From the human T2T-CHM13v2.0 reference genome, Homo sapiens, in the NCBI RefSeq assembly GCF_009914755.1, contig NC_060934.1: 64,000 nt of DNA; one strand, written 5' to 3'. The translations under genes and the position numbers were made by a program. Position 1 is the stretch's first letter; each line of letters starts with the position of its first letter. The notes beneath the pieces were generated by a model that saw nothing but the letters and a program-made list of their open reading frames with translations, ran no database searches and was not told the DNA's origin. Positions 1 through 13,310 of this stretch are shown in pieces.

Positions 1-3000
1 CAACTCCCCAAGACTCAAGTATACCACCCAGGGACACTGAGCTGAGATTTGTAACCTAATCTCAAGTGAAGGAGGATCCTCCATAGTCAGAATGCAGAGA
101 AGGGTGTGGTATGGGTTCTCATGGGGGCATGGGAGCTGGACACCCCTCCCTTTGCAAGACCAGACCATGAAGGGTATGGCCTGATGGTGGTAGCTTCTTT
201 CCCAGGGAGTGTCCTGGCACAGAATGCCTGGAGCAGCTCAACAATGTGGGAGCAGATGGCTTGGGGAAAGCCTAGTTGGTTGGGCTTGCCGCCAGGGCGA
301 GTGTCTGTGGGAGATCTGCTGGGTCAGGGGAGTGTAAGCTAGGCAGACTCCATGGTTGCCTGCTGGGCTGAAAATCATGGGCTGCAGACTCCATACTGGT
401 GTTGCACCCATTGTGCCACTGCCCTGCCTGGAGATCCTCTACCCTTGAAATACTGCATCATCAGAGCAACTGCAGACATACCCTAAAACCTGCTCTGACT
501 TTGGTAAGCACAGTGGACTGGTGGGTCTCTGGAGAGCTGTGTGTCCCTAGAGATGTAATCCTCAGTGTGGACCATCCCTAAGGGAAGGGGGAGTGCAGCC
601 TGCCAAAGCACCACATGAGACAAAGAAAATGTGGCCATGGCATAAGCCACTGAAAGGAGCACCACCAAGGCCCAGAACCAGACTTGGAGAAGGAATTATG
701 TCTCGCCTCCATCTCCCCTCCCCAGTGCACTGTTGCAGATGCAACAATAGCTCTTCCCATAGGGGCCCAGAAAGCGTGCACTGAAAGAAGTTGTTTCTCA
801 TGATTCTCCAGTGAGGGCAAGCATGCACCAAGACCCCACCTGCCAGCTCTTACTCTTAAGTCCATCTACCAGACTGAAGTTTGAGTTATACCATCATATA
901 AAAATACATTGCTAAAACAAGCAACATCTGTGAAAGCCACTGCAGCAACCTATCTGTAACCAAGGAACATATATGGAAACTTCACCCTCTGCAACTACAG
1001 AGAAATGAAGCCAATCAATCACATACACCACTGTCATACTTTCAAAGAGAATAAAAAATATAAAAGCCCTGTGATGGTTAATACTGAGTGTCAACTTGAT
1101 TGTATTAAAGGGTGCAAAATATTGTTCCCGGGTGTGTTTGGAGGGTGTTGCCAAAGGAGATTAACATTTGAGTCTGGACTAGGAGAGGCAGAACCACCCT
1201 CAATCTGGGTGGGCACCATCTAATCAGCTGCCAGCACGGCTAGGACAAAGCAGGCAGGAGAAGGCAGAAGAGCAGACTTGCTGAGTCTCCTGGCTTTCAT
1301 CTTTATCCTGTGCTGGATGCTTCCAGTTCTTCAGCTTTTGGACTCTTGGACTTACACCAGTGGTTTGCCAGGGGCTCTCAGGCCTTCAGCCACAGACTGA
1401 AGGCTGCACTGTCAGCTTCCCTACTTTTGAGGTTTTGGGACTCGGACTGGCTTCCCTGCTCCTCAGCTTGCAGATGGTTTATTGTGGGACTTTACCTTGT
1501 GATCCTGTGAGTCAATGATCCTTAATAAACTCCCCTTCAAATGTACATCTATCCTATTACTTCGGTACCTATAGAGAACTCTGACTAATACAAACCCCAT
1601 CTAAATGAAGCAAATTCAAAAAAGAAGTGTCAACTCCCGCAGATGGAAAGGAATAAGCACAAGAAGTCTGGCAATACACAAAGCCAGAGTGTTTTGTGAT
1701 CTCCAAAGCCTCTCACTAGCTCCCTAGGAAAGGATCCTGACCAGATGTAAATGTCTGAAATGAGACACATAGAACTCAGAAGATGGATGTCAAGGAAAGT
1801 CAATGAGACATAAGACAAAATAGAAATCCAATGCAAAGAAACCAGAAAAACAGTCCAAGATTTGAAAGACAACATAGTTATATTAAGAAAGAGCCAAACT
1901 GAACTTCTGGAACTGAAAAATTCACTAAATAAATTTCAAAATATAGTTGGGAGACTTAAAAACAGACTAGGCCAAGCAGAAGGAAACACTTCAAAGCTTG
2001 AAGACTGATTCTTCAAATTAACCCAGTCATGCAAAAATAAAGAAAAAATATTTTTTAAAAAGACAAAGCCTTCAAGAAATATGGGATTATGTAAAGAAAC
2101 CACTTCTACAACTTATTGGTATTCCTGAGAGAAAAGAAAGAGTAACCAACTTGGAAAACATATCTGAGGAAAAAATTCAAGAAAATATTCTCAATTTTGC
2201 TAGAGATGTTGACATGCATACACCAGAAATCCAGAGAACCTCTGTTATACACTATAAAGACAGCCATCCCCAAGACACATAGTCGTTAGACTATCCAAGG
2301 TTAACACAAAAGAAAAAACAAATCTCAGACACAGCTAGAGAAAAGAGCAACACTACCTACAAAGGGAACCCATCAGACTAACAGTGGACTTCTCAGAAGA
2401 AACCTTACAATCCAGCAGAGATTAGAGGTCTATTTTTAGTACTCTAAAAGGAATGACATTCCAGCATAAACATTCATATTCTTCAAAACTAAGCTTCATA
2501 AACGAAGGAGAGATTGAGTCTTTCTGAGTCAAGCAATCGGTAAGGGAATTTATCACCACTAGACTAGCCCTGCAGAAATGCTTAAGGGAGTTCTAAATGT
2601 GGACATGAAAGAACAATACACAGAAAAAGCACAGTTAAGTACATAGTCCACAGACTCTATAAAGCAACTACACAATTGAGACTGCAAAGAAACTAGCTAA
2701 CAAAACTATGACAGGAACACAATCTCACATATCAATGTTAACCTTGAACATAAATGGCCTAAATCCTCCGCTTAAAAGACATACAGTGGCGAATTGGAAT
2801 AAAAAAATCAGAATCACCCATCTGCTGTCTTCAAGAGACCCATCTCACAACTAATGACACTCATGGGTTCAAAGTAAAGGGATAGAGAAAGATTAATCAT
2901 GCAAATGGAAAACATAAAAGAGCAGGAGTTTCTATTCTCATATCAGAGAAAACAGATCTTCAGCCAAAAACAGAAACAAGGACAAAAAAATGTTATTGCT

Positions 3001-6000
3001 TAATGACAAAGCCTCAATTCAATAAGAATAATTAACTATCTTAAATAAATATGCACCCAATATTAATTGGAGCATCACGATACATAAAGAAATCACTACT
3101 AGACCTAAGAGGTAGACAGCCCCTCAGTAATAACTGGGAACTTCAACACTCCACTGACAGTGGTAGATAGATTATTGAGGCAGAAATCTAAACAAATAAA
3201 TTCTGGACTTAAATTTGCCACTTGACCAATTGAACCTAATAGACATCTACAGAACACTCTACCCAACAACCACAATATATATATTTTTTTCTCATCTTCA
3301 CATGGAACATACTCTAAGAGTGATCACATATGCAGTTATAAAGCAAGTGTCAAGAAATAAAAACAATCAAATAATATCAAGCATCTTCTTGGACCGCAGT
3401 AGAATAAAAATAAAAATCAATAGCAAGAGGAACTCTAAAACACAGACACTCACACACAAACACACACGGAAACTAAAGAAATTACTCTTGAATGACTTTT
3501 GTTTGGGTAAACAATAAAATTAAAGCAGAAATCAAAGAATTTTTTAAACAAATGAAAATAGAGACACAATGAACAAAAACCTCTGGGATGCAATAATAGC
3601 AGTTTAAAAAGGAAAGATTATAGTGCTAAATACCTACATCAAAAAGATAGAAATATCTCAAATTAACAATCTAACATTGCACCCAGAGCAAGTAGTAAAA
3701 CAAGAAAAAAAACTACATCCAAATATAGCATAAGAAAAGAAATAACAAAAATAAGAACAGGACTGAATAAAATCGAGACTCAAAAATCCACACAAAGGAT
3801 CAACAAAATGAAAAGTTGGTTCTTTGAAAGTGTAACCAAAATTGATAGACTGCAAGCAAGATTAACAAAAAAGAAAAGATCCAAATAAGCACAATCAGCA
3901 ATAACAAAGGCGACATTCAATCGAGTCCCACGGAGATTCAAAAGATTCTCAGAGACTACTATGAACATTTCTATGTGCACAACTAGATAACCTAGAAGAA
4001 ATGAATACGTTCCTGGAAACACACAACTTCCCAAGATTGAACCAGGAAGAACCTGAAACACTGAACAGACCAACAATGAATTACAGAATGAATTGAATAA
4101 GTAATAGAAGCCTAGGACTAGATGAATTCATAGCTGAATTCTACCAGACATACAAAGGGGAGCTCATGCCAATCCTACTGAAACTATTCCAAAAAATCGA
4201 GGATGAGAGATTCTCCTCTAACTTACTCTACAAAACCTATATCATCCTGATACCAAAATATGGCAAATACTCACACAAAAAACAAAACCCTAGGCCAATA
4301 TATCTGATGAACATAGATGAAAAAATCCTCAACAAAGTACTTGCAAACCACATTCAGCAGCACATCAAAAAGATAATACAATATCAAGTGAACTTTATAC
4401 CTGGGATGTAAGAGTTGTTCAAATATATGCAAATCAGTTAATGTGATTCACCACATAAACAGAATTTAAAATGAAAAAAAACATAAGATTATCTCAACAG
4501 ATGCAGGTAAAACATTTGATAAAGTCCAACATGCCTTCATAATTAAAACCCTCAATAGACTAGGCATTCAAAGAACATACCTAAAATAATAAGAACCATC
4601 TATTGACAAACCTAGTCTACGTTATACTAAACAGGCAAAAGTTGGAAGAATTCCCATAAGAATAAGAACAAGACAAGAATATCCACTTTCACCACTCTTA
4701 TTCAACTTAATACTGGAAGCCCTAGCCAGAATGATCAGACAAAAGCAAGAAACAAAAGGCATCCAAATAGGAAAAGAGGAAATTAAATTTTATTTCTTCA
4801 CTGATGATAGGATTCTATACCTAGAAAACCCTAATGATTCTGACCAAAGACTCCTAGAGTTGATTAAAAATTTCAGTAAAGTTTTAAGATAAGAAATCAA
4901 TATACAAAAAGCAGTAGTATTTCTATACAATGCAATATTCAAACTGAGAACCAAATCAAGAACACAATCCCATTTACAAGAGCCACAGAAAAAAAAAAAA
5001 AAAAGAAATACTTAGGAATACCTCTATCCAAGGAGGTAAAAGATCTCTTTAAGTAGAACTACAAAACACTGCTGAATGAAATCATAGATGACACAAACAA
5101 ATGGAAAAATATTACATGCTTATGGATTGGAAGAATCAACATCATTAAAATGTCTTTACTGCCCAAAGCAATCTACAAATTCAATGCAGTTCCTATCAAA
5201 CTGCCAAAGTTATTTTTACACAGAATTAGAAAATCAATTCTAAAATTTGTATTTAACTAAAAAAGAGCCTGAATAGCCAAAGCAATCTTAAGCTAAAAGA
5301 ACAAAGGCAGGGGCAACACATTACCTGACTTCAAACTATACTACAAGGCTACAATAACCAAAATAGCATGGTTTGGGTACAAAAACAGACACATAGACCA
5401 ATGGAACAAAATAGAGAATCCAGAAATGAAGTCCCATACCTACAACCAACTGATCTTTAACAAAATTGATAAAAATACAATGGGGCAAGGATACCCTATT
5501 CAATTAATGGTGCTGGGAAAACTGGCTAACCATATTCAGAAGAATGAAATTAGACTCCTGTCTCTCACCATATAAAAAAATTAACTCAAGATTGATTAAA
5601 GACTTAAATGTAAAACTTTAGACTATAAGAAGCCTAGAATTAGACCTAAGAAGCTCTTTTGGATATTGGCCTATGCAAAGAATTTATGACTAAGTACTAA
5701 AACACAAAAGCAACAAAAACAAAAGTTGACAAGTGAGACCAAATTAAACTAAAGAGCTTCTGCACACTTGCATGTTATATTGCAAATATGAAATAGCAAA
5801 GACATGGAATCAACATTGGTTTCCAACAATGGTGGATTGGATAAAGAAACTATGATGCATATACACCATGGAATACTATGTAGCCAGAAGAAAGAATGAA
5901 ATCCTTTCCTTTGCAGTAACATAGATGTGCCTGGATGCCATCATCCTAAATGAATTAAGATGTAAACAGAAAACCAAATACCGCATGTCCTCACTTATAG

Positions 6001-6245
6001 GTGAGAGCTAAACTTTGGGTACACAGGAGCAAAAGGATGGAAATAACAGACACTGGGGACTCCAAAACAGGGGAAGGAAGGAAGGCAAGGTTTGAAAAGC
6101 TACTTATTGGGTACTATGTTTACTATTCAGATAATATGTTCAATAGAAGCCCAAACCTCAGCATCATGCAATATATTCATGTAACAAATGTACACATGCA
6201 TGCTTAATCTAAAATAAATATTAAATAATCAAATAAAATGAATAA
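1..6245 (+). mobile_element. Old near full-length LINE-1 (L1PA15-17/L1PB4-like): 5'UTR, decayed ORF1, decayed ORF2 from ~2708, 3'UTR and A-rich tail
   Basis: ORF2 start ATGACAGGAACACAATCTCACATATCAATGTTAACCTTGAA at 2708. ORF fragments DQLNLIDIYRTLYP and [12 protein letters not shown]...[19 protein letters not shown] are L1 ORF2 motifs. The 3'UTR is typical. Many stops and frameshifts. Confidence 0.95.
1070..1592 (+). mobile_element. MLT2A-type (ERVL) solo LTR inserted into the L1
   Basis: Starts TGTGATGGTTAATACTGAGTGTCAACTTGATT and ends GAGAACTCTGACTAATACA. 5-bp TSD AGCCC/AACCC. Confidence 0.92.
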
Positions 6246-6561
6246 AACGGTAGATATGATTATGTGGAAAATGCTTTACTATTTATTATGTGGTGAATAA
6301 TTTAATAATATTTAATAAATACATGAATGAAAAATAGCTACAACTGTGTGTTAGGATTTCAATAATTTTTTATTTCATTCCTATAACTTTTATGTATTAT
6401 TATATACATAATAATATATAGTTAATAATAACAAAAACAACATGGTATTGAAATAATTTCCACCCAGAAGGAGGATCAACATATTTAAGTGACTACACTA
6501 CTCAAGATAAAAATCATTTATCAAACAGATCAAAGTCATTTACCTGCTTTCCTTTTTATAG

Positions 6562-6665
6562 GTCCTAGGAACACACGTGCCATAGACAATAAAACATCAC
6601 TTCCCCCATCCCACTACCTTGGACTTTATTTAACATCTTTGGGTAGAACAGAAACTGTCGATAAG
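6562..6665 (+). other. Candidate non-coding exon
   Basis: Acceptor ctttcctttttatag| and donor AAG|gtgagt. Sequence signals only. Confidence 0.3.
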
Positions 6666-6740
6666 GTGAGTTTTGTTTTATAGACAAGAGAGGAAAATGG
6701 ATACTTTGTGTGGTCTGGGCCTTAGAAACAGACTAAGATC

Positions 6741-7886
6741 TTTTTTTTTTCTCTTTTGCTTTTTTTACTAGCATAAAATATTAATTGACAAAACACTGAA
6801 TACAAGCTTCACTATCATAAAATCAAAACATTTAAGCAATATTCCAAAAAAGATTTGACAAAAACTAGTCACCAAGAGTACAAAAATTACACATCAACAC
6901 AAAGCATAAAAAATGTGAACTTTCAAATTAAACAGTCAAAAACATGTACCTGCGTGATCACCTCCACACCTTGACTGCCTTCGTCTGCAGCACGCTGCTG
7001 GTAAAGGCTGGGTGGCTGCACCGTCGTCCCCTAACCCAACATTGCTTTCATCTGGGAAAATTCGCTTGATAGCCAATTAAGCCATGGAGGCTATTACATT
7101 TACACGGGGCTACGCACAATCTCAGGGGACGTTCAAACAGCAGTTCGTTCCTCACACGCACTGTTGGGTGCAAAGGGCACCTGGAGAGTGAGGGAGACCT
7201 GGGAGCTTTCCTGCGGGGCCTTGGCCACGCGGCCGTCGCCGGCACCCTGTCCCTTGCCTGGCAGGGGACACAATATTTGTACAGATTATGGTATAATTTG
7301 AATGATTTTCTAATCTACTTATCTTAATTTATATAGTTTATTTAAATGTCAAGGCAGAGAAATACATTGATCATGTTAAGGTCACGTGATGTGGTGGCGC
7401 AGTAATGACTTCCTGAGGAAACAGAAATCGGATGTTTTGTGATTTAGCTATGTGCACTAAACTTATTTTCCATGTTTTGAGAGCACATTAAACATTCACG
7501 TACAATGTGGGAATAGGCTGGCTCGTAACCAAAACGTCCAACCCAATGCCACCCTTTGAATCGCTGTGAACACCATCCTATTGCGGTTCAGAGAAAACAA
7601 GCAAGGCTGCGAAGCCCCGGGGTTCAGGCAGCTGCAGCGCTTGGGCCAAGGTAGCTCCGCTCTCTGGTCTGAAGCCACGTGGCCCCACCCCGGGGCGGCC
7701 TGGCTTTTTTATAGTGCTTATTGCTGTGTTTGGCATGCCATTCAACCCATCGGGATGTTGGATAGTGACTTGAGAGCAATCCCTAGATTTGCCCTGTCGG
7801 GATGTTGCATACTGAATTCGGAATAAGCCCTGCTCAACTGAGGCACTATCACTAGGAGGAGGCACTGATTCCCGCCTTTCAATGCT
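6741..7886 (-). pseudogene. 5'-truncated processed pseudogene (mRNA 3' end/3'UTR retrocopy), parent not identified
   Basis: Poly(T) at 6741-6750 preceded on the minus strand by a degenerate polyA signal. U-rich 3'UTR-like end. About 35 CpGs (hand count) in ~930 bp against a CpG-poor background. No clear long TSD, so the right boundary is approximate. Confidence 0.7.
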
Positions 7887-9762
7887 ATCTATTGGTGAAA
7901 GAGGAGTTGGATGGCATCTGGGAAATTAGTATCACTTCTACTTTTTCTTCTTTTCTTTTAAAGGTTAAAAATACCTTGTATTAGTTAATACTGCTATAAA
8001 ATATGAATATCCAAATCTCTGTGGCTCAGTAAAATAGATTTTTTTTTCACTCAGAGAAAGTTCAGGTTCACCCTTAGTAACCCAGGCTGACAGAGACTCT
8101 TCCATTTTCTATACATAGCTTCCCCAATTGCCCAGAGAAGAGTGGAAAGATTTGATAGGTGACTGTACACAAGAATAAGAACTTAGTACCTAGTCACTAA
8201 TTTACTCGTTGAATAAACATTTATGGAGCTGAACATATTAATCACTGGGCAGACGCTGGGACACAAGAAAAATCTTTAAGATATGTCACTGCTTATTACC
8301 AATAATGTTCTAGTGAGTAACAAGAGTTAATAACACGACTAATTATAGTATTGTAAATATAATTACAGTTCCAATAAGACATACACACACACAGAACGAT
8401 TTTGTCTGGTTGTTGAGGAAATCTTTATTGATTTAAGATATCTTTTGATGAACAGGATTTTTCAATAACTATCAGAAAAAGAATGTCTATGACTTATTTT
8501 TAAAAACTATTTTCTTATCTGCCTTGCATATCTGACACTTTCATCTCCTATCTTCCTTGAATACAATATAGAACCTGACATTTCTTTCCTTTCAAAGATC
8601 CTTAGAGCATTTCCTACATTTAATCTGAATGTCTTTCTCAGTAATTTTTCCCATACAAGCAATTATGGCTACATTTTCTTAATATAATCATGAAAAGGTG
8701 AGCAAAACTGAAAATTTAATTTGGAGAATAGATACGAAACATTCAATTAATTCAAGTTGTTGTTAGGCTGCATATGTTCAGCTTTCAGTGAAGATGAACA
8801 AATGATGATAAATGAGAAACTGAAAGAAAACAAACCAATAGGTGTTTTTTAAGAAACAATATTATTAAAGTGCATGTGTTTTCTACTGAATGAAAGCAAC
8901 ATAGACCTTTTCCTCACATTGGTAGTTAGTAAGATGTATAAAAACAACTTTGTAAAGAACAATTAATACAGGTTAATGAATCATTGTGAAAAGGGGATAA
9001 CACACTTTATTGTAGCAATGATCTGCAAGGTGTTAAATGTTAAAAAAGATGAAGAACAATTGAGTAGTTATTTGATCACAGTGTTTATTAAATTGCTTTT
9101 CCTGTATCTGGCAAGCTTTACAGAAATGTCTTCAACAGAATAACTGTGTTAAAAGCCAAATGAAATGCATTTTGAAATATGATTCTTCACTTGGTGTGCA
9201 GGTATAATCTCAGGTGTAATTCAGACAAGAGACAAATTCAATTTTAAAGTTCCATTTGTTACAATTTGATGATTGTGATTAAAGAACCATAAAAATTTTA
9301 TCTTTGACATTTCATTTTTTCCTCACAAAAGTATTCTACTGCAATTTTCTTAGTTTTCTTTCCTCTTAACTGTGGTGTTACCTATAAATGCTGGATTTCT
9401 CTGTTTTACGTGCAACAAATCTACAATCAACTATTTCTGGAACGCCACTTCATTTTAACAACAAGGACCCATAAATATTTTAAAAATTCAAAATGTTATA
9501 TATAAAATGTTAAATGATACACATAATACATTTCTAAGTAGTAATTATGATTATGCCCATAATTATACCCATAATTTAAAAATATGTTACCTGAAGTAAA
9601 TTATTATACGTTTTATGTTGGAAGTGTTCATTTATCTTTGATCTCTGTTAACACATTGTACTATGTGGTAATAATATAAACTGCCTTACTGGATAGTGAT
9701 GTATCTTTGGTTTCATATTGTTACTGGACTAATATTCCAACACTATAGATAGTGAAATTTAA

Positions 9763-9912
9763 CATTGAAACAATTTGATAATGCCATCAATGAATCCAGT
9801 TTTTAAGAGTGGGATCCATTTTCTAAAATTGAGTATATAGATACTTCATGAGATATCTTATCATGCATCCTAAACCAAACCAACCTCTTCCCCTGACTGT
9901 CTTACAGTGTAT
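9763..9912. repeat. Copy A of a 150-bp local direct duplication
   Basis: 131/150 identical to 12220-12369 by hand alignment. Confidence 0.9.
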
Positions 9913-10822
9913 TATTATTATTTTATCCACCACAGCAACTAGTACATTTTTCAGAACCTAGTAGATATTCAGTCATTGTCTATGGAATACATGAACACAT
10001 TCTGAATTTGGACAGTCATCATTCTTGGTGTTTTAAAACAAACACTTCCTGAATTGCATCCACTATTTTCTAAGAAGCCCTAGGAATTCATTGAAGGAGG
10101 GTATGGGTAAGTTGTGGGTGAAACTGTAAAGATGTAGGTCCTCCTCCCAAAACTTCTTCAGCGTATCTTCATTGCTGTTTGTTTGCTTGCTTGCTTGCTT
10201 ATTTTAAAAGAGATCTAGATATAGTCTAATAAGAATTGTATAAATGTGATGTTCCACAATGATTCTAACTTACATGGTGCAAAATAATAAAATATTACAT
10301 TCTACCTGTTTGTAGAAAACCATGGATACTATAAAGGATCTAGATTTTCTCTCTCCTTTCCTTCTAAGATTTATTCACTCAGCAAAGACTTACCTGGTGA
10401 CTACTTAGTGCTAGACACTGTTTTAGATACTTGGGCTATAACAGTGAAAAGAACAGTAATTGAATTAATGAAAAGTTCATTTTAATTAGCTGTATGGTAA
10501 AATAGGAAACTAACAAAAATAAAATATAACATGTCAAATGGCAATGACTGCTCTGAGAAAAATAAAGGAGAATAAGAGATTCTAAATTATTATATACGGC
10601 CAATATTACCAACATATTATAGAAAGAAATGAGTTCATAATGTTTATCAGAGAATTCCATGAAAATAGCTAAATTTTTCTAGAAAGCCAGGCACTGATAA
10701 GAGAATAAACAAACAGATAACCGATTTTAATTTGATCTTCTCTTACAGGTGCAGCTATGATCTGCCATTGTATATAATATAAAATTGAAAATTGTTTATA
10801 TTTCATTCACGTTAGCATATAA

Positions 10823-11128
<306 letters not shown>

Positions 11129-11588
11129 AACGTTTTTACATTTAAATATCAGACATCTATCATATTCCTTTCTCCCTACTACAAACATTGTATGCTTTTC
11201 AATAGGCATAAGATTTTGTTTTCACTCAGGTTGGATTCAACAGGTATTATTTAGCAGTTCATTGCATCTATCCATTTACCCAATAGAGGAAGTATACAAG
11301 ATACAAATGAATAAAGTGTAATAATTCTTATACTATTTGCCCTTATGTCATGTAACTGCTCCATGTTTGTATTCCGAAAACCTAACTGGGAGGGAAAACT
11401 CAGAAAAATAGAATAAAAAGTATTATATATCTCATACATCCTCATTTTTGAATATTCTAGGGGTACAGATCAGTATAAATAAAATACTCTGGTAAGTGAC
11501 CACCACATCATCTGTTTGTCATTCTTAGACCCAGAGTATACCATTCTTTTAAGAAAGAAAACTTGCTACTGTACCTCCTACCCAGTAA

Positions 11589-11676
11589 CATATATATCAC
11601 ATATCATATATATATCATAACATATATATCATATATCATATATACACATATCATATATCTCATATATATAACATAT
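11589..11676. repeat. Imperfect (TA)/(CATATAT) microsatellite
   Basis: Seen directly. Confidence 0.9.
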
Positions 11677-12219
11677 TTGCTACTGGTTAGGAGTAACACT
11701 CAGAAAATTATACTTAATAATGTAGTACAATTAGGTATAAATTCACTTAGTATTTTTAAATTTTACGTATATTCCTATTTATATGAATCGTCATTTAAAA
11801 TCACATCTACTGATCCTGATAGCATTAAAGGCATAAGAGGTACTGAGGATATTAATTTAATTTTGTTTACAGCTATGCACAGATATTTTTAGTTCACTGA
11901 GATTTAATCCAGTAGTCTATTATTTGATTAATTGTACAGCTATCAAATCATTCAGGACTCCCACTGTTTCAACAACGAGAGTGGAAAAATATTTTTTCAT
12001 TTATGTTTATATGCAGCTATTTGTAGTCTAAATTAATATCCTAGCAATTGATGGTGAAATTAAAATTATTTCTGTCAGATGTGGTAATTTGATGACAGTG
12101 GATAAGCATGGGAATAAAAGAAAGTTTTGAGGAAGAGGGGACAGTTTTTGTTTACTTAATGATTATTCCAAAGATGTTAAGTAAACATTCTATAGAATGC
12201 AACATATAGTGGAATACAG

Positions 12220-12369
12220 CATTGAAACAATTTAATAATGTAGTCAATGAATCCAGTTTTTAGAAATGGGATCCATTTTCTAAAACTGAGCATACAGATA
12301 CTTCATGAGATGCTTTATCACGCATCCTAAACCAAACCAACTCCTTCCCTTGACTGTCTTGCAGTGCAT
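12220..12369. repeat. Copy B of the 150-bp local direct duplication
   Basis: Matches 9763-9912 at offset 2457 bp. Confidence 0.9.
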
Positions 12370-12879
12370 AGGGCATCTCTACACTCTAGGAAAGGAATTA
12401 TCAATCTGTTTATATGCCACTTATAAAATCATACTTAATGTACGATTAGGCATAAATTTACTTGCATTTTTAAATTTTGTAAAATGTTAATGGAAAGTGT
12501 TCTTGAAAAACATTTCTGAGAATTCCAAAAAATGAACAAATTTTAATACATAAGGGACAATATCTTTCTAGTGAATTGATTATCAGAGTGTAATGTGGTA
12601 TGTTCTGATTATGTTACATAATATTCTGATTAGCAGAAAATTTTGAATAAGTGAATTTAGCAAAATGTTTAGAGGTCAAGAAAACTGTTTTAGACTGACT
12701 ATGTTTTCTGACCCAAATGTAAGAAAGAACCCAATAAAAAGAGGCAGCCAGATAATGCTGTTGTTTGCAAACTTAAACAGAAGCTTGCATGTAATTTATG
12801 ACTCAAAGAAAAATAAAAATAGAAGTTATACTTTATTTAGAACTTAATGACAGTGAAAAATTGCACATAAAAAGGAAGA

Positions 12880-13310
12880 CTGTTGAATACAGCAAAAGCT
12901 GGAATTATATAAGAAATATAAACATAAACACACAAAATAAGTGTAAATTATAATGAAGTAAAAATATATCAAAGAGAAAGAAGGAAGCAGTACAATAAAA
13001 AATAAAGTTGATTCTTTAAAAACCATACTTAAATAGACAAATTTCCAGCCAGATTGTTTACCAAGTAAAGAGAAAAAGAAGGAGATAGATCAAAAGACAC
13101 AAGATGATGATGAAAAGAGGGTCAGCACTTATAAACATAGTAGAAATTTAAGCCATAATGAGCACAAGAAAGCATTATCAACTTACTTTTGAATATATAA
13201 AATAGACACTTAAAAAACTGAACAAAAATGACTTACTAGTTTTAAAAGAAAAAAAAAAAAACATCAAACATCTATCCTTCCAAAAGTATAGACTTCAAAA
13301 GTATAGTCCC
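12880..13310 (+). mobile_element. Ancient L1M ORF2 fragment
   Basis: aaagttgattctttaaaaacc...gacaaatttccagccagatt parallels L1 ORF2 at ~3812-3865 of this window. Confidence 0.65.

Noticed and set aside
3215-4411. ORFs with endonuclease/reverse-transcriptase motifs as functional CDS
   Set aside because: They are short fragments of a frameshifted, stop-ridden L1 ORF2.
6741-7886. Assigning a parent gene symbol to the retrocopy
   Set aside because: The 3' end looks familiar, but I could not match it reliably from memory. It needs BLAST.
8598-9201. Plus-strand mini-exon series (e.g. SAFSEDEQMMINEKLKENKPI)
   Set aside because: Most splice sites are weak, frames are not consistent and no homology was recognised.
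11563-11892. 109-aa I/Y/T-rich ORF
   Set aside because: Produced by the TA microsatellite.
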